Assembly: GCA_965248835.1 (NCBI GenBank)
Contig: CBDFLJ010000001.1
Coordinates: forward strand, 544,001-608,000
Direction: 5' to 3'
DNA from: Alphaproteobacteria bacterium
Lineage (GTDB): Bacteria; Pseudomonadota; Alphaproteobacteria; MPNO01
DNA length: 64,000 nucleotides
The notes below the pieces were generated by a model, which was not told the DNA's origin, did no database searches, and worked only from the letters and a program-made list of their open reading frames with translations. The translations under genes were made by a program, and so were the position numbers. The first letter of the stretch is position 1. Every line of letters begins with the position of its first letter. Positions 18,870 through 27,635 of this stretch are shown here, piece after piece.

Positions 18870-19619
18870 ATGTCCGCAGACGCCCTGCTCGTCATCGTCA
18901 CCGCCCTGCTGATCGGCTCGATCGGCAAGGCGATTACCGGCTTCGGCCTGCCGCTGGTCGCGATACCGGTGATGGCGGTCTTCATCGGTGTCGAGACCGC
19001 GGTGGTCGTGATGGTGATCCCGGCCGGCTATTCCAACCTCGCAATGTTGTGGGAATTCCGCCGGTCCGCCGGCACGGTGCCCGGGCTCTGGCTCGCGATC
19101 GGCCTCGGCCTGTTCGCCATCGCGTTGGGGACATGGCTGTTGAAGGTGCTCGATCCGGCACTGCTTCGGCTGGTCCTTGCCGGATGGATCGGGGTCTATC
19201 TGGCAAGCCGCGCCGTCGGCGTTACGATGCCGCCGGCAGCCGGCCGGCGCCGCGCGATGGTTGCCGCCGCAGTCGGGCTCGGCGGCATCTGCCAAGGGGC
19301 GACCGGGATCGCCGGTCCCATCGTGGTCACCGCGATGCACGCCCTGCGGCTCGACCGCGCCGTTCTGGTCTACGTGCTGTCGGCGATCTTCTTCTCCTAT
19401 TCGATCGCCCAGATCACTTCGATGACCGCTTTCGGCCTGCTCACCACCGAGCGCGTGATCCAGGGCCTGATCGCCATGGTCCCGGTCATCGCCGGCACCT
19501 GGCTCGGCCTGAAGCTCGGCCGCCGGATCGACGCACGCACGTTCAACATATGCGTCTTCGTGCTGCTCTCGGCGATGGCGCTCAAGCTCGCCTATGACGG
19601 CATTACCGGCCTGGGCTAA
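18870..19619 (+). CDS. TauE/SafE family membrane protein
   Basis: KAITGFGLPL, GATGIAGP, multiple TM segments; alternative ATG 18855. Confidence 0.85.
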   Translation: MSADALLVIVTALLIGSIGKAITGFGLPLVAIPVMAVFIGVETAVVVMVIPAGYSNLAMLWEFRRSAGTVPGLWLAIGLGLFAIALGTWLLKVLDPALLRLVLAGWIGVYLASRAVGVTMPPAAGRRRAMVAAAVGLGGICQGATGIAGPIVVTAMHALRLDRAVLVYVLSAIFFSYSIAQITSMTAFGLLTTERVIQGLIAMVPVIAGTWLGLKLGRRIDARTFNICVFVLLSAMALKLAYDGITGLG

Positions 19620-19628
19620 GATCGCGCG

Positions 19629-19745
19629 ATGTCGTGGACCCTGCTCGCCGCCGCAGCTTTCGCCGCCTGGGCGGGGCTGGTCTTCGGGCGCGGTCGGGCG
19701 TGGAAGAGCTGGATCTGCCGGCCGGCGGGCGGTGATGACGGCTGA
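19629..19745 (+). pseudogene. 38-codon mini-ORF, probable internally deleted remnant of the hopanoid glycosyltransferase hpnB
   Basis: MSWTLLAAAAFAAWAGLVFGRGRAWKSWICRPAGGDDG*; resembles the HpnB N-terminal TM (W..L...RG) joined to the C-terminal GRG..WK; overlaps the hpnC start. Confidence 0.45.
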
Positions 19746-20604
19746 GGCGTCCTACGAGGCCCCGTCGGGCAAGTGGTGGGGCGAGGAGAACTTTCCGGTC
19801 GGCTCGTGGCTGCTGCCGGCCCGGCTGCGGCCGCATGTGGCCACCTACTACGCGATCGCCCGGACCACCGACGATATCGCCGACAACCCGGCGCTGGCGC
19901 CCGAGGAAAAGCTTCGCAGGCTGGAGGCCTTCGAAGACGCGGTCCTCGGCAAGCGGGCCGAGGATCCGGCGCTCGCCAAGGCGCACCGCATGCGCGAGAG
20001 TCTCTCGCAGACCGGGCTCGGCCCACGCCATGTGCTCGACATCATCACCGCATTCAAGCAGGACACGACCAGGCGCCGCTACCGCGACTGGGACGAGCTG
20101 ATGGGCTATTGCTTGCTTTCGGCCGCCCCGGTGGGGCGTTACCTGCTCGACCTGCACGGCGAGGACCGCGCCGGTTGGCCGGCATCGGATGCGCTGTGCA
20201 ACGCGCTCCAGGTGCTGAACCACCTGCAGGACTGCAAGGACGACTATGTCGACCTCGACCGGGTCTATCTGCCGCAGGACTGGATGGATGAGGCGAGAAC
20301 GACGGCCGCCGCGCTCGATGCGGCGGCCGCAAGCCCGGCGATGCGCGCTGTCATCGACCGCGCGCTGGACGGAGTCGAGGCGCTGATGGTCCAGGCACGC
20401 AGCTTGCCTGGACGCTTGGCCAACCGGCGACTGGCGATGGAATCGGCGGTGATCGTGCGTCTTGCCGACCGGCTTGCGGTGCTGTTGCGGACCAACGATC
20501 CGATCGCAGGCCGGATCGCGCTCCGCCGTTGGGACTTCGCACGCTGCGGGATCGCCGGCGTTCTGGCCGGCCTGCTGGGCCGGCCTCAGAGCGGCTCGGA
20601 ATAG
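19735..20604 (+). CDS. hpnC: Hydroxysqualene synthase HpnC
   Basis: ENFPVGSWLL, ARTTDDIAD, YCLLSAAPVGR, LQVLNHLQDC..D, RVYLP. Confidence 0.92.
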   Translation: MTAEASYEAPSGKWWGEENFPVGSWLLPARLRPHVATYYAIARTTDDIADNPALAPEEKLRRLEAFEDAVLGKRAEDPALAKAHRMRESLSQTGLGPRHVLDIITAFKQDTTRRRYRDWDELMGYCLLSAAPVGRYLLDLHGEDRAGWPASDALCNALQVLNHLQDCKDDYVDLDRVYLPQDWMDEARTTAAALDAAAASPAMRAVIDRALDGVEALMVQARSLPGRLANRRLAMESAVIVRLADRLAVLLRTNDPIAGRIALRRWDFARCGIAGVLAGLLGRPQSGSE

Positions 20605-21332
20605 ACCGCCGAAAGGCGCGAGCCCTCATAGTAGGCGATCGGATAGCTCGGCCGGGCGCGGATCCGGTCATACCAGTCGCCGAGCAGCGGACGGCCATCC
20701 TCCCACATATGCGCATAGCCCAGATCGTCGAGCCGGTCGATATTGGCAAGATAGGCCGCATCGACGATCGTGAACGCGTCGCCCATGATCCACGGCCCGC
20801 CGCGGCCGGCGAGCGCCGCCTCGATCCGGTCCATCGACAGGCCGAGGTTCTCCAGCGCGCGGTCGATATCCTCCTGCGGGAAGCCGTCCTGGCCCATGCG
20901 CTGATAGAAATGCTTGCGCAGCGGCCGTGCCGCCGCCGCGGCGGCGAACTGCCCGGCATCCATCCTCTGGAAGGGGCGGATCAGGAATTTGTTGAACGAT
21001 GGGTAGCGGATCGAGGGCGTCGCCACCTCGTCGAAATAGCGCAGCCATTTGCGCATATGCGCGCGGCCCAGCGGCTCGGCGGGGCTGAGCGGGATTTCGG
21101 GGAAGACCTCCTCGAGATATTCCATGATCACCGATGAATCGAGGATTACATGGCCGTCATGGACCAGCGTCGGGACGACGGCGTTGGGGTTGAGCTTCAG
21201 ATACGCCGGCTGCAGATGCTCCTGCTTGCGGGAATCCAGCCGCCGGTCGATCCAGTCGAGGCCCTTTTCCGCCAGACACAGCCTGACCTTCTGGCTGCAG
21301 GTCGATTGCCGGAAATTATAGAGCTCGAGCAT
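20586..21332 (-). CDS. Glutathione S-transferase family protein
   Basis: LYNFRQSTCSQKVRL, LNPNAVVPTL, DSSVIMEYL. Confidence 0.9.
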   Translation of the reverse strand: MLELYNFRQSTCSQKVRLCLAEKGLDWIDRRLDSRKQEHLQPAYLKLNPNAVVPTLVHDGHVILDSSVIMEYLEEVFPEIPLSPAEPLGRAHMRKWLRYFDEVATPSIRYPSFNKFLIRPFQRMDAGQFAAAAAARPLRKHFYQRMGQDGFPQEDIDRALENLGLSMDRIEAALAGRGGPWIMGDAFTIVDAAYLANIDRLDDLGYAHMWEDGRPLLGDWYDRIRARPSYPIAYYEGSRLSAVYSEPL

Positions 21333-21453
21333 GCCGTCCCCCTGTCCGTCTTCGCCGCGCGGATCGACGAAATTTAGCACCGCCGGCCCGCGCCGGTCGA
21401 AGACGAATACGGTCGCGATACGCCGGGGCGGCTTAACCGCAAGCGTTTATGAC

Positions 21454-22353
21454 TCAGCCCAACAACCCGTATCGGAAAGCGAGCCATATCTTGGCCGGCC
21501 TGGATATGCCCACCGGATGGTCGAGCCTGCGCCAGCCGCGCTGCTCCAGCCCGTCGAGCAGGCGCTTGTAGTTCATCATCATGACGACCGCCGGTCGCAG
21601 CGGGCCGCTGCGGCAATCCGCGCGCGCGGTGTCGGCCTCGGCGAACCGTTCCCGCGCGATCCGCGCCAGCGCCGTGCACACCTCGGGCAGCGCCGGATGG
21701 GCGAGCACCGCGCGGGGCGAGACGGTGTGGATGCCGGCCTCCGCCAGCAGCTCACAGGGCAGATAGAGCCGCCCGTCCTCGGCATCTTCGCCGAGGTCGC
21801 GCAGGATGTTGGTGAGCTGCAGCGCCGTGCCGAGGGCCAGCGCGAAGTCCTTCGCACGGGACTCCTCGGCCCCGAAGGCCCGGATCGACAGCAGACCCAC
21901 CGCGCCGGCCACGCGCTGGCAATAGAGCTCGAGCACCGCCATCGAGGGCGCCTGCAGACCCTCGCCCACGTCCATCGCCATGCCGTCGATCACGGCGAGG
22001 AAGTCTTCGCACCGCAGACCGAATGCGGCGACCGGCCCGCACAGCGCCCGCGCCGTCAGGCTCTGCGGACGCGATCCGTCATAGATCCGGGCGATGTCGC
22101 CGCGCCAGGCGTCCAGCCGGCACCGCTTTTCCGGCACCGGATCCGGACCGTCGGCGATATCGTCGACCTCGCGGCAGAACGCGTAGATCGCGAACATCGC
22201 ATCGCGGCGGTCAGCCGGCAGCAGCCGCATCGCCCAGTAGAAGGACGAGCCGGATGCAGCCGTCCTCGCGCGGGCATGCGCGATCGCTTCGGAGTCCGGC
22301 GCTCCGATTTCGGCAATGCGCGCAGAGACCAGGCGATCAGCGCGGGCGGGCAT
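21454..22353 (-). CDS. hpnD: Presqualene diphosphate synthase HpnD
   Basis: SGSSFYWAMRLL, YAFCREVDDIAD, LQLTNILRDLGED, GRLYLP. Confidence 0.93.
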   Translation of the reverse strand: MPARADRLVSARIAEIGAPDSEAIAHARARTAASGSSFYWAMRLLPADRRDAMFAIYAFCREVDDIADGPDPVPEKRCRLDAWRGDIARIYDGSRPQSLTARALCGPVAAFGLRCEDFLAVIDGMAMDVGEGLQAPSMAVLELYCQRVAGAVGLLSIRAFGAEESRAKDFALALGTALQLTNILRDLGEDAEDGRLYLPCELLAEAGIHTVSPRAVLAHPALPEVCTALARIARERFAEADTARADCRSGPLRPAVVMMMNYKRLLDGLEQRGWRRLDHPVGISRPAKIWLAFRYGLLG

Positions 22354-22426
22354 ATCGACCGGCGGTCCGCGCTCCGGCCGAAGCCGATTCTGCAGATGTC
22401 ATCGCCATTCCACGTCGCCTCCACAG

Positions 22427-22466
22427 CCCCGCGATCCCGGCTGGCGAGCCGGCCGGGATCGCGGGG
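22427..22466. repeat. 18-bp-stem inverted repeat in a divergent intergenic region
   Basis: CCCCGCGATCCCGGCTGG-CGAG-CCGGCCGGGATCGCGGGG (one G-U pair). Confidence 0.75.
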
Positions 22467-22579
22467 GACAGTGCGGAGTTTAGCAAGCCGGCGCGAACCG
22501 GCGGAATCGAAATTCTCGCATCCCGGCGGCGTTGGCAGCGGGCCTTGACGGCGGCGGCGGATCGGGAGAAAGTAACAGG

Positions 22580-22613
22580 TGAAACAAAGTTTCATATATG
22601 AAAATCATTTTCG
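22580..22613. promoter_or_regulatory. Tandem palindromic operators, probably bound by the operon's IclR regulator
   Basis: TGAAACAAAGTTTCA (22580-22594) and TGAAAATCATTTTCG (22599-22613), plus the perfect palindrome TTTCATATATGAAA (22590-22603); TTGACG at 22545. Confidence 0.7.
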
Positions 22614-22627
22614 CGGGAGACCATGCG

Positions 22628-22861
22628 ATGCCCCTCCCCTATGACGAGCCGGAAAACGTCGTCTGGCAGACGCAGATCGTTGCGCCGCCGGATGCCTACG
22701 CGATGGCTCTGGCCGATGCGCTGGAAGCGATTTTCGGCCAGGGGATCCACGAAATCGACGGCATCGTCGCACGACTGAACGAGAGCGGCCCGCGACCGGC
22801 AGGAGCGGATGCGTGGACCCCTTCGGTCTTCGAGGCGGAGATGGTTCGCCTGGGCGCATGA
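22628..22861 (+). CDS. Small recombinase-like helix-turn-helix protein associated with Rieske oxygenase
   Basis: YAMALADALEAIFGQGIHEIDGIVARLN...WT...FEAEMVRLG; SD GGAGA. Confidence 0.75.
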   Translation: MPLPYDEPENVVWQTQIVAPPDAYAMALADALEAIFGQGIHEIDGIVARLNESGPRPAGADAWTPSVFEAEMVRLGA

Positions 22862-22877
22862 TCACGGAGAGATGACC

Positions 22878-23921
22878 ATGTCCGCAGAGCAGAGCGCGCA
22901 TGAGCAGGCCGAGGCGCTGGTCGATCTCGGTGTTCGCAACCGCTGGTACCCGATCGCGGCAAGCTGGATGGTCAAGGACCGGCCCGTCGGGCTGATGCGG
23001 CTGGGCGAGCCGATCGTGGTGTGGCGCAACGGCGAGGGCGCGGTCCAGGTCCTGGCCGACCGCTGCCCCCATCGCGGGGCGCGGTTGTCGATGGGCTGGA
23101 ACCTGGGTGACAGGCTGGCCTGCTGGTATCACGGCGTCGAGGTGGGCGGCGGGGGCGTAGTTCAGAGGGTCCCCGCCATCAGCGACTGCCCGCTGGTCGG
23201 TACCGCGGCGGTCAAATCCTATCCCTGCTTCGAGCACATGGGCGCGATCTTCGCCTATTTCGGCGATGCCGCGCATCCCGAACCGGTCGCGTTCACCCTG
23301 CCCGAACAGCTCGATTCCCCTGAATGGGACGCGATCCTGTGCACCGCGCACTGGCGCTGCAACTACCGGTATGCGATCGACAACGTGATGGACCCGATGC
23401 ACGGCGCCTATCTGCACGCCAAATCCCATTCGATGGCCGATGGCGACAAAGAAGCCCGGATGCGGGTGCGCCAGACCGATGAAGGTCTGGTCTTCGAGAA
23501 AACCGACCAGCGCGGCGTCAACTTCGACTGGGTGGAGTTCGGCGATACCGGCGCGCACTGGATGCGCCTGTCCATCCCCTACCAGAAAAACGCCGGGCCG
23601 GGCGGCGAGTTCGGAATCATGGGCTTCGTCACGCCGATCGACCACGAGAACTGCCGGGTCTTCTTCTGGCGCACGCGCAAATGCACCGGCTGGCAGAGGG
23701 CTGCCTGGCGGTTCATGTACAAGCACAAGCTCGAAACCCTGCACTGGGACGTGCTGGAGCAGGACCGCACGATCCTCGAGCGCCTGCCGGGCGATGCACG
23801 CGATCACGAGTTCCTCTATCAGCACGACACCGGCCTGGCGCGGGTGCGGCGCATGCTCCACGAGCAGGCCGAGGAGCAACTCGCCGCGCTGGCCGCCGCC
23901 AACGCCCAGGCCGCGGAGTGA
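22878..23921 (+). CDS. Rieske non-heme iron oxygenase, alpha subunit
   Basis: CPHRG...CWYHG Rieske motif; DNVMDPMHGAYLH mononuclear Fe motif; EQD. Confidence 0.93.
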   Translation: MSAEQSAHEQAEALVDLGVRNRWYPIAASWMVKDRPVGLMRLGEPIVVWRNGEGAVQVLADRCPHRGARLSMGWNLGDRLACWYHGVEVGGGGVVQRVPAISDCPLVGTAAVKSYPCFEHMGAIFAYFGDAAHPEPVAFTLPEQLDSPEWDAILCTAHWRCNYRYAIDNVMDPMHGAYLHAKSHSMADGDKEARMRVRQTDEGLVFEKTDQRGVNFDWVEFGDTGAHWMRLSIPYQKNAGPGGEFGIMGFVTPIDHENCRVFFWRTRKCTGWQRAAWRFMYKHKLETLHWDVLEQDRTILERLPGDARDHEFLYQHDTGLARVRRMLHEQAEEQLAALAAANAQAAE

Positions 23922-24664
23922 GCACGGTCTCGCTCGCAGGCAGGCGGGTGCTGATCACCGGCGCCGCACGCGGGCTCGGCCGCTGGTTCGCCGAGGAAGC
24001 GCTTGCCGCCGGGGCGCGCGTGGCGATCGCCGACATCCTGGAGGACGAGGGCCGCGCCACGGCCGAGGCGCTGGGCGCGGTCTTCATGCCGCTCGACCTC
24101 GAGGTTCCGGACTCGATCGAGGCCTTGGCCGGTTCGGCGGGCGCGGCGCTGGGCGGCCTCGACGGGCTGGTCAACAACGCGGCCATCGCCACCGGCATCG
24201 GCGGCAGGACCTGCGAGGAGATCGATATCGAGACCTGGGACCGGGTGATGCGGGTCAACGTCCGCGGCACTTGGCTGATGACCAGGGCCTGCCTGCCGCA
24301 CTTGCGCGGCAGCGGCAACGCCAAGGTGGTCAACATCGCCTCCGACACTGCGCTGTGGGGCGCGCCGCGCCTGCTGCACTACGTCTCCAGCAAGGGCGCG
24401 GTGATCGCGATGACCCGTGCGCTCGCCCGCGAGCTCGGCGGCGACGGCATCGCGGTCAACGCGGTCGCACCGGGCCTGACCCTGGTCGAGGCGACCGCGT
24501 ACGTGCCCGAAGAGCGTCACCGGCACTATGTCGAGGGCCGCGCGATCAGCCGTGCGCAGCGGCCCGAGGATGTCGTCGGCGCGGTGATGTATCTGCTGTC
24601 CGATGCGGCCGATTTCGTCACCGGCCAGCTTCTTCCGGTCAACGGCGGCTTTGTCATGAACTGA
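23918..24664 (+). CDS. Short-chain dehydrogenase/reductase
   Basis: TGAARGLG, VNNAA, YVSSK; GTGA overlap with the Rieske stop. Confidence 0.9.
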   Translation: MSTVSLAGRRVLITGAARGLGRWFAEEALAAGARVAIADILEDEGRATAEALGAVFMPLDLEVPDSIEALAGSAGAALGGLDGLVNNAAIATGIGGRTCEEIDIETWDRVMRVNVRGTWLMTRACLPHLRGSGNAKVVNIASDTALWGAPRLLHYVSSKGAVIAMTRALARELGGDGIAVNAVAPGLTLVEATAYVPEERHRHYVEGRAISRAQRPEDVVGAVMYLLSDAADFVTGQLLPVNGGFVMN

Positions 24665-24692
24665 GCCGGTCAAGCTTTCACAGGAGAGCCCG

Positions 24693-25199
24693 ATGAGCAC
24701 CAAGTTGGAGACCACCACACGAGACCTCCAGGACTGGATGGAGAGCCGCATCGCGCGCTTCCAGACGCGCCGCTACGACTGGGACGCGCTCAAGTTCCAG
24801 GCCGATTTCGACCCGAAATACCGCCGCGCGCAGATGCGCTATATGGGCACCGGCGGGACCGGCGTCGCCAGCGACATGAACAGCGTGCCGTGCGAGCACT
24901 TCACCTTCTCGACGATGGTCCTGCCACCGGGCTGCGAGGGTCCGATGCATGTCCACGACGATGTCGAGGAGGTGTTCTTCATGCTGCGCGGCCGGATCCG
25001 GCTGAGCTTCGAGCAGGACGGCGAGACCTGGCAGACCGTGCTCGACGAGCGCGATCTGGTTTCGGTGCCGCCCGGGGTCTATCGCGGCTTGATCAACGAA
25101 GGCCAGGAGGAGGCGCTGATGTGCGTGATGCTGGGTGCCTCCAAGCCGAAGATCCCGACCTATCCGCCCGATCACCCGCTGGCCGGGATCAAGCGCTGA
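24693..25199 (+). CDS. Cupin domain protein
   Basis: PMHVHDDVEEVFF, SVPPGVYRG. Confidence 0.88.
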   Translation: MSTKLETTTRDLQDWMESRIARFQTRRYDWDALKFQADFDPKYRRAQMRYMGTGGTGVASDMNSVPCEHFTFSTMVLPPGCEGPMHVHDDVEEVFFMLRGRIRLSFEQDGETWQTVLDERDLVSVPPGVYRGLINEGQEEALMCVMLGASKPKIPTYPPDHPLAGIKR

Positions 25200-25209
25200 G
25201 CCGTTCGGC

Positions 25210-26028
25210 ATGGCCGACCAGGACCTTCCGGCGCTGCGGACCGTCCAGGCGGGCGGCCGGACGATCGCCTACCGGGAGGCGGGAAGCGGGCCGGCGGTGT
25301 TGGCCTTGCACGGCATCGGCTCGGGCTCTGCCTCCTGGGCCGCCCAGTTCGCGGCGCTATCGTCCGGGTTCCGGGTTGTGGCCTGGGACGCGCCGGGCTA
25401 CGGCGGCTCCGATCCGCTGCCCGGCGAGACGCCGAGCGCGGCCTGCTACGGCGACGCGGCGGCTGCGCTGCTGGATGCGCTCGACATCGGCAAGGTCCAT
25501 CTCCTCGGCCATTCCATGGGAGCGCTGATCGGCGCCGCGTTCTGCCGCCACCACCCCGGCCGGCTGCTGTCGGTGGTGCTGGCCGATGCGGCCGCGGGAT
25601 ACGCCAAGGCCCCGGACGAACTGCGTGTCGGCCGGCTGGAGGCGCGGCTCGCCGCGATGGCCGAGCTGGGACCGGTCGGGCTCGCGGCGCGCCGGGCGCG
25701 CGAACTGCTCTCGCCAGGCGCAACCGATGAGACCTACGAAATCGTCCGCGCGGCGCAGAGCCGGCTGCGCCCGGACGGCTATGCCCAGGCCGCGCGCATG
25801 CTGCACGGCTCGGATATCCACGATGATGCGGCAACCATCGCGGTGCCGGCGCTGGTGATGTGCGGCAGCGAGGATTCGGTGACACCGGAGGACATCAGCC
25901 GCCGCATCGCCCGGATTATTCCCGGCGCGCGCTACCGCACCCTCGAAGGCCTGGGGCACGCGAGCTACGTCGAAGGACCGGCGGTCTTCAACCAGGCGCT
26001 CACCGAATTCATCGACACCGTGTCATGA
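25210..26028 (+). CDS. Alpha/beta-fold hydrolase
   Basis: LHGIG, WDAPGYG, GHSMG nucleophile elbow, GSEDSVTP, GHASYVE. Confidence 0.9.
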   Translation: MADQDLPALRTVQAGGRTIAYREAGSGPAVLALHGIGSGSASWAAQFAALSSGFRVVAWDAPGYGGSDPLPGETPSAACYGDAAAALLDALDIGKVHLLGHSMGALIGAAFCRHHPGRLLSVVLADAAAGYAKAPDELRVGRLEARLAAMAELGPVGLAARRARELLSPGATDETYEIVRAAQSRLRPDGYAQAARMLHGSDIHDDAATIAVPALVMCGSEDSVTPEDISRRIARIIPGARYRTLEGLGHASYVEGPAVFNQALTEFIDTVS

Positions 26029-26834
26029 GCGACAAGACGCCGCAGGACCGCTACATCGTGCCGGCATTGCAGCGCGGGCTGGCGATCCTCGGCAGCTTCG
26101 ACCGCGACCGGACGGTCCTGACGATGGTCGAGCTTGCACGGATCAACGCCCTGCCCCGCGCGACCGCCTTCCGGCTGGCGCACACCCTGGAAGCCATGGG
26201 CTTCCTGGTGCGCGAGCCCGGCGGGCAGGGCTATCGACTCGGCCCCGCCGTGCTGTCGCTCGGCTTCGGCTACCTCGCCGGGCTGGAGCTGCCCGGGATC
26301 GCGCGGCCGGTGCTGGAGCGTCTGCGCGACGCCACCGGGGCGTCCGCGCATCTCGCGGTCCGCGACGGGGTGGAGATCGTCTATCTGGTCCAGGTCTCCG
26401 GGCAGTCGGCGCTGACCAGCAATATCGGAGTCGGCTCGCGGCTGCCGGCGTATGGCTCGACCATGGGGCGGGCGCTGCTGCTGGACCTCCAGGCGCAGGC
26501 GCTTTCGGACATCTTCGGCGCCGCGCCGCTGGCGGCGATGACCGACCAGACCCCGGAGACGGTCGAGGCGCTGGCGCGTATGCTGGCCGAGGACCGCGGC
26601 CGGGGCTATGTCGCCAGCCGGTCGTTCTACGAGCGCGGGGTCGTCAGCGTCGCCGCGCCGGTGCGCGATGAAGCGGGCGCCATCGTCGCCGCCGTCAGTG
26701 TGGTCACCTCCGAGCATGCGCTGGATGCGGAGGCCATGCACGGCGCCGTGAAAGACCGGGTGCTCGAGGCGGCGGCGGAAATCTCGCAATGGCTCGGCCA
26801 TCACCCGGCCGGCCTGAGCAGCGCCGCGGAATAG
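26025..26834 (+). CDS. IclR family transcriptional regulator
   Basis: VPALQRGLAIL HTH start, VGSRLPAYGSTMGRALL, SVAAPV. Confidence 0.93.
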   Translation: MSDKTPQDRYIVPALQRGLAILGSFDRDRTVLTMVELARINALPRATAFRLAHTLEAMGFLVREPGGQGYRLGPAVLSLGFGYLAGLELPGIARPVLERLRDATGASAHLAVRDGVEIVYLVQVSGQSALTSNIGVGSRLPAYGSTMGRALLLDLQAQALSDIFGAAPLAAMTDQTPETVEALARMLAEDRGRGYVASRSFYERGVVSVAAPVRDEAGAIVAAVSVVTSEHALDAEAMHGAVKDRVLEAAAEISQWLGHHPAGLSSAAE

Positions 26835-26852
26835 CAACGGACGGGGACGGGC

Positions 26853-27635
26853 GTGGATCTGGAGCTGACGGGCAAGGTCGCGGTGATCACGGGCGGCTCG
26901 TCGGGTATCGGCCTGGCCGCGGCGCGGCTGTTCCTCGCCGAAGGCGCGAAGGTTGCGATCTGCGGCCGCGATCAGGGCCGCCTGGACGACGCGGTCGCAG
27001 CGCTCGGTGCGGAGAACAGTTTCGGATTCGGCTGCGACGTGCTCGATGCCGAGGCGGTAACGCGGTTCCGCGACGGCGTCGGCCGACGATTCGGCCGCGC
27101 CGACATCCTGGTCAACAACGCCGGCCAGGCGCGGATGAAGCCGTTCGCCGAAACCAGCGATCAGGACTGGCGCGACGAGCTCGATCTCAAGTTCTTCAGC
27201 GTCCTGAACCCGACGCGCGCATTCCTGCCCTTGCTCGAAGCCGCCGCCCCTTCGGCGATCGTGTGCACCAACGCCCTGCTCGCCCGCAGGCCGGAGCCCC
27301 ACCTTATCGCCACCGGGGCTGCGCGCGCCGGCGCGCTGAACCTCGCCAAATCGCTCAGCCGGGAGTTCGCGCCCAAGGGGATACGGGTCAACTCGATCCT
27401 CATCGGCCTGGTCGATTCCGGGCAATGGCGGCGGCGCTACGAGAACGGCGACGGAGGTGGGCTTAGCATGGAAGAATGGTTCGCCGAGCTGGCCGTGGAC
27501 CGGGACATCCCGCTGGCCAGGCTCGGCAGCAGCGAGGAGGCCGCCAAGGTGATCGTCTTCCTGGCTTCGCCCGCGGCGAGCTTCCTGACGGGCTCGGCGA
27601 TCGAGGTCGCCGGCGGGCAGGGCCGCCATGTCTGA
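26853..27635 (+). CDS. Short-chain dehydrogenase/reductase (atypical, lacks YxxxK)
   Basis: TGGSSGIG, VNNAG, PEPHLIATGAARAG. Confidence 0.88.
   Translation: MDLELTGKVAVITGGSSGIGLAAARLFLAEGAKVAICGRDQGRLDDAVAALGAENSFGFGCDVLDAEAVTRFRDGVGRRFGRADILVNNAGQARMKPFAETSDQDWRDELDLKFFSVLNPTRAFLPLLEAAAPSAIVCTNALLARRPEPHLIATGAARAGALNLAKSLSREFAPKGIRVNSILIGLVDSGQWRRRYENGDGGGLSMEEWFAELAVDRDIPLARLGSSEEAAKVIVFLASPAASFLTGSAIEVAGGQGRHV

Noticed and set aside
22628-22861. Site-specific recombinase or mobile element
   Set aside because: Only 77 aa with no catalytic domain, embedded in a catabolic operon
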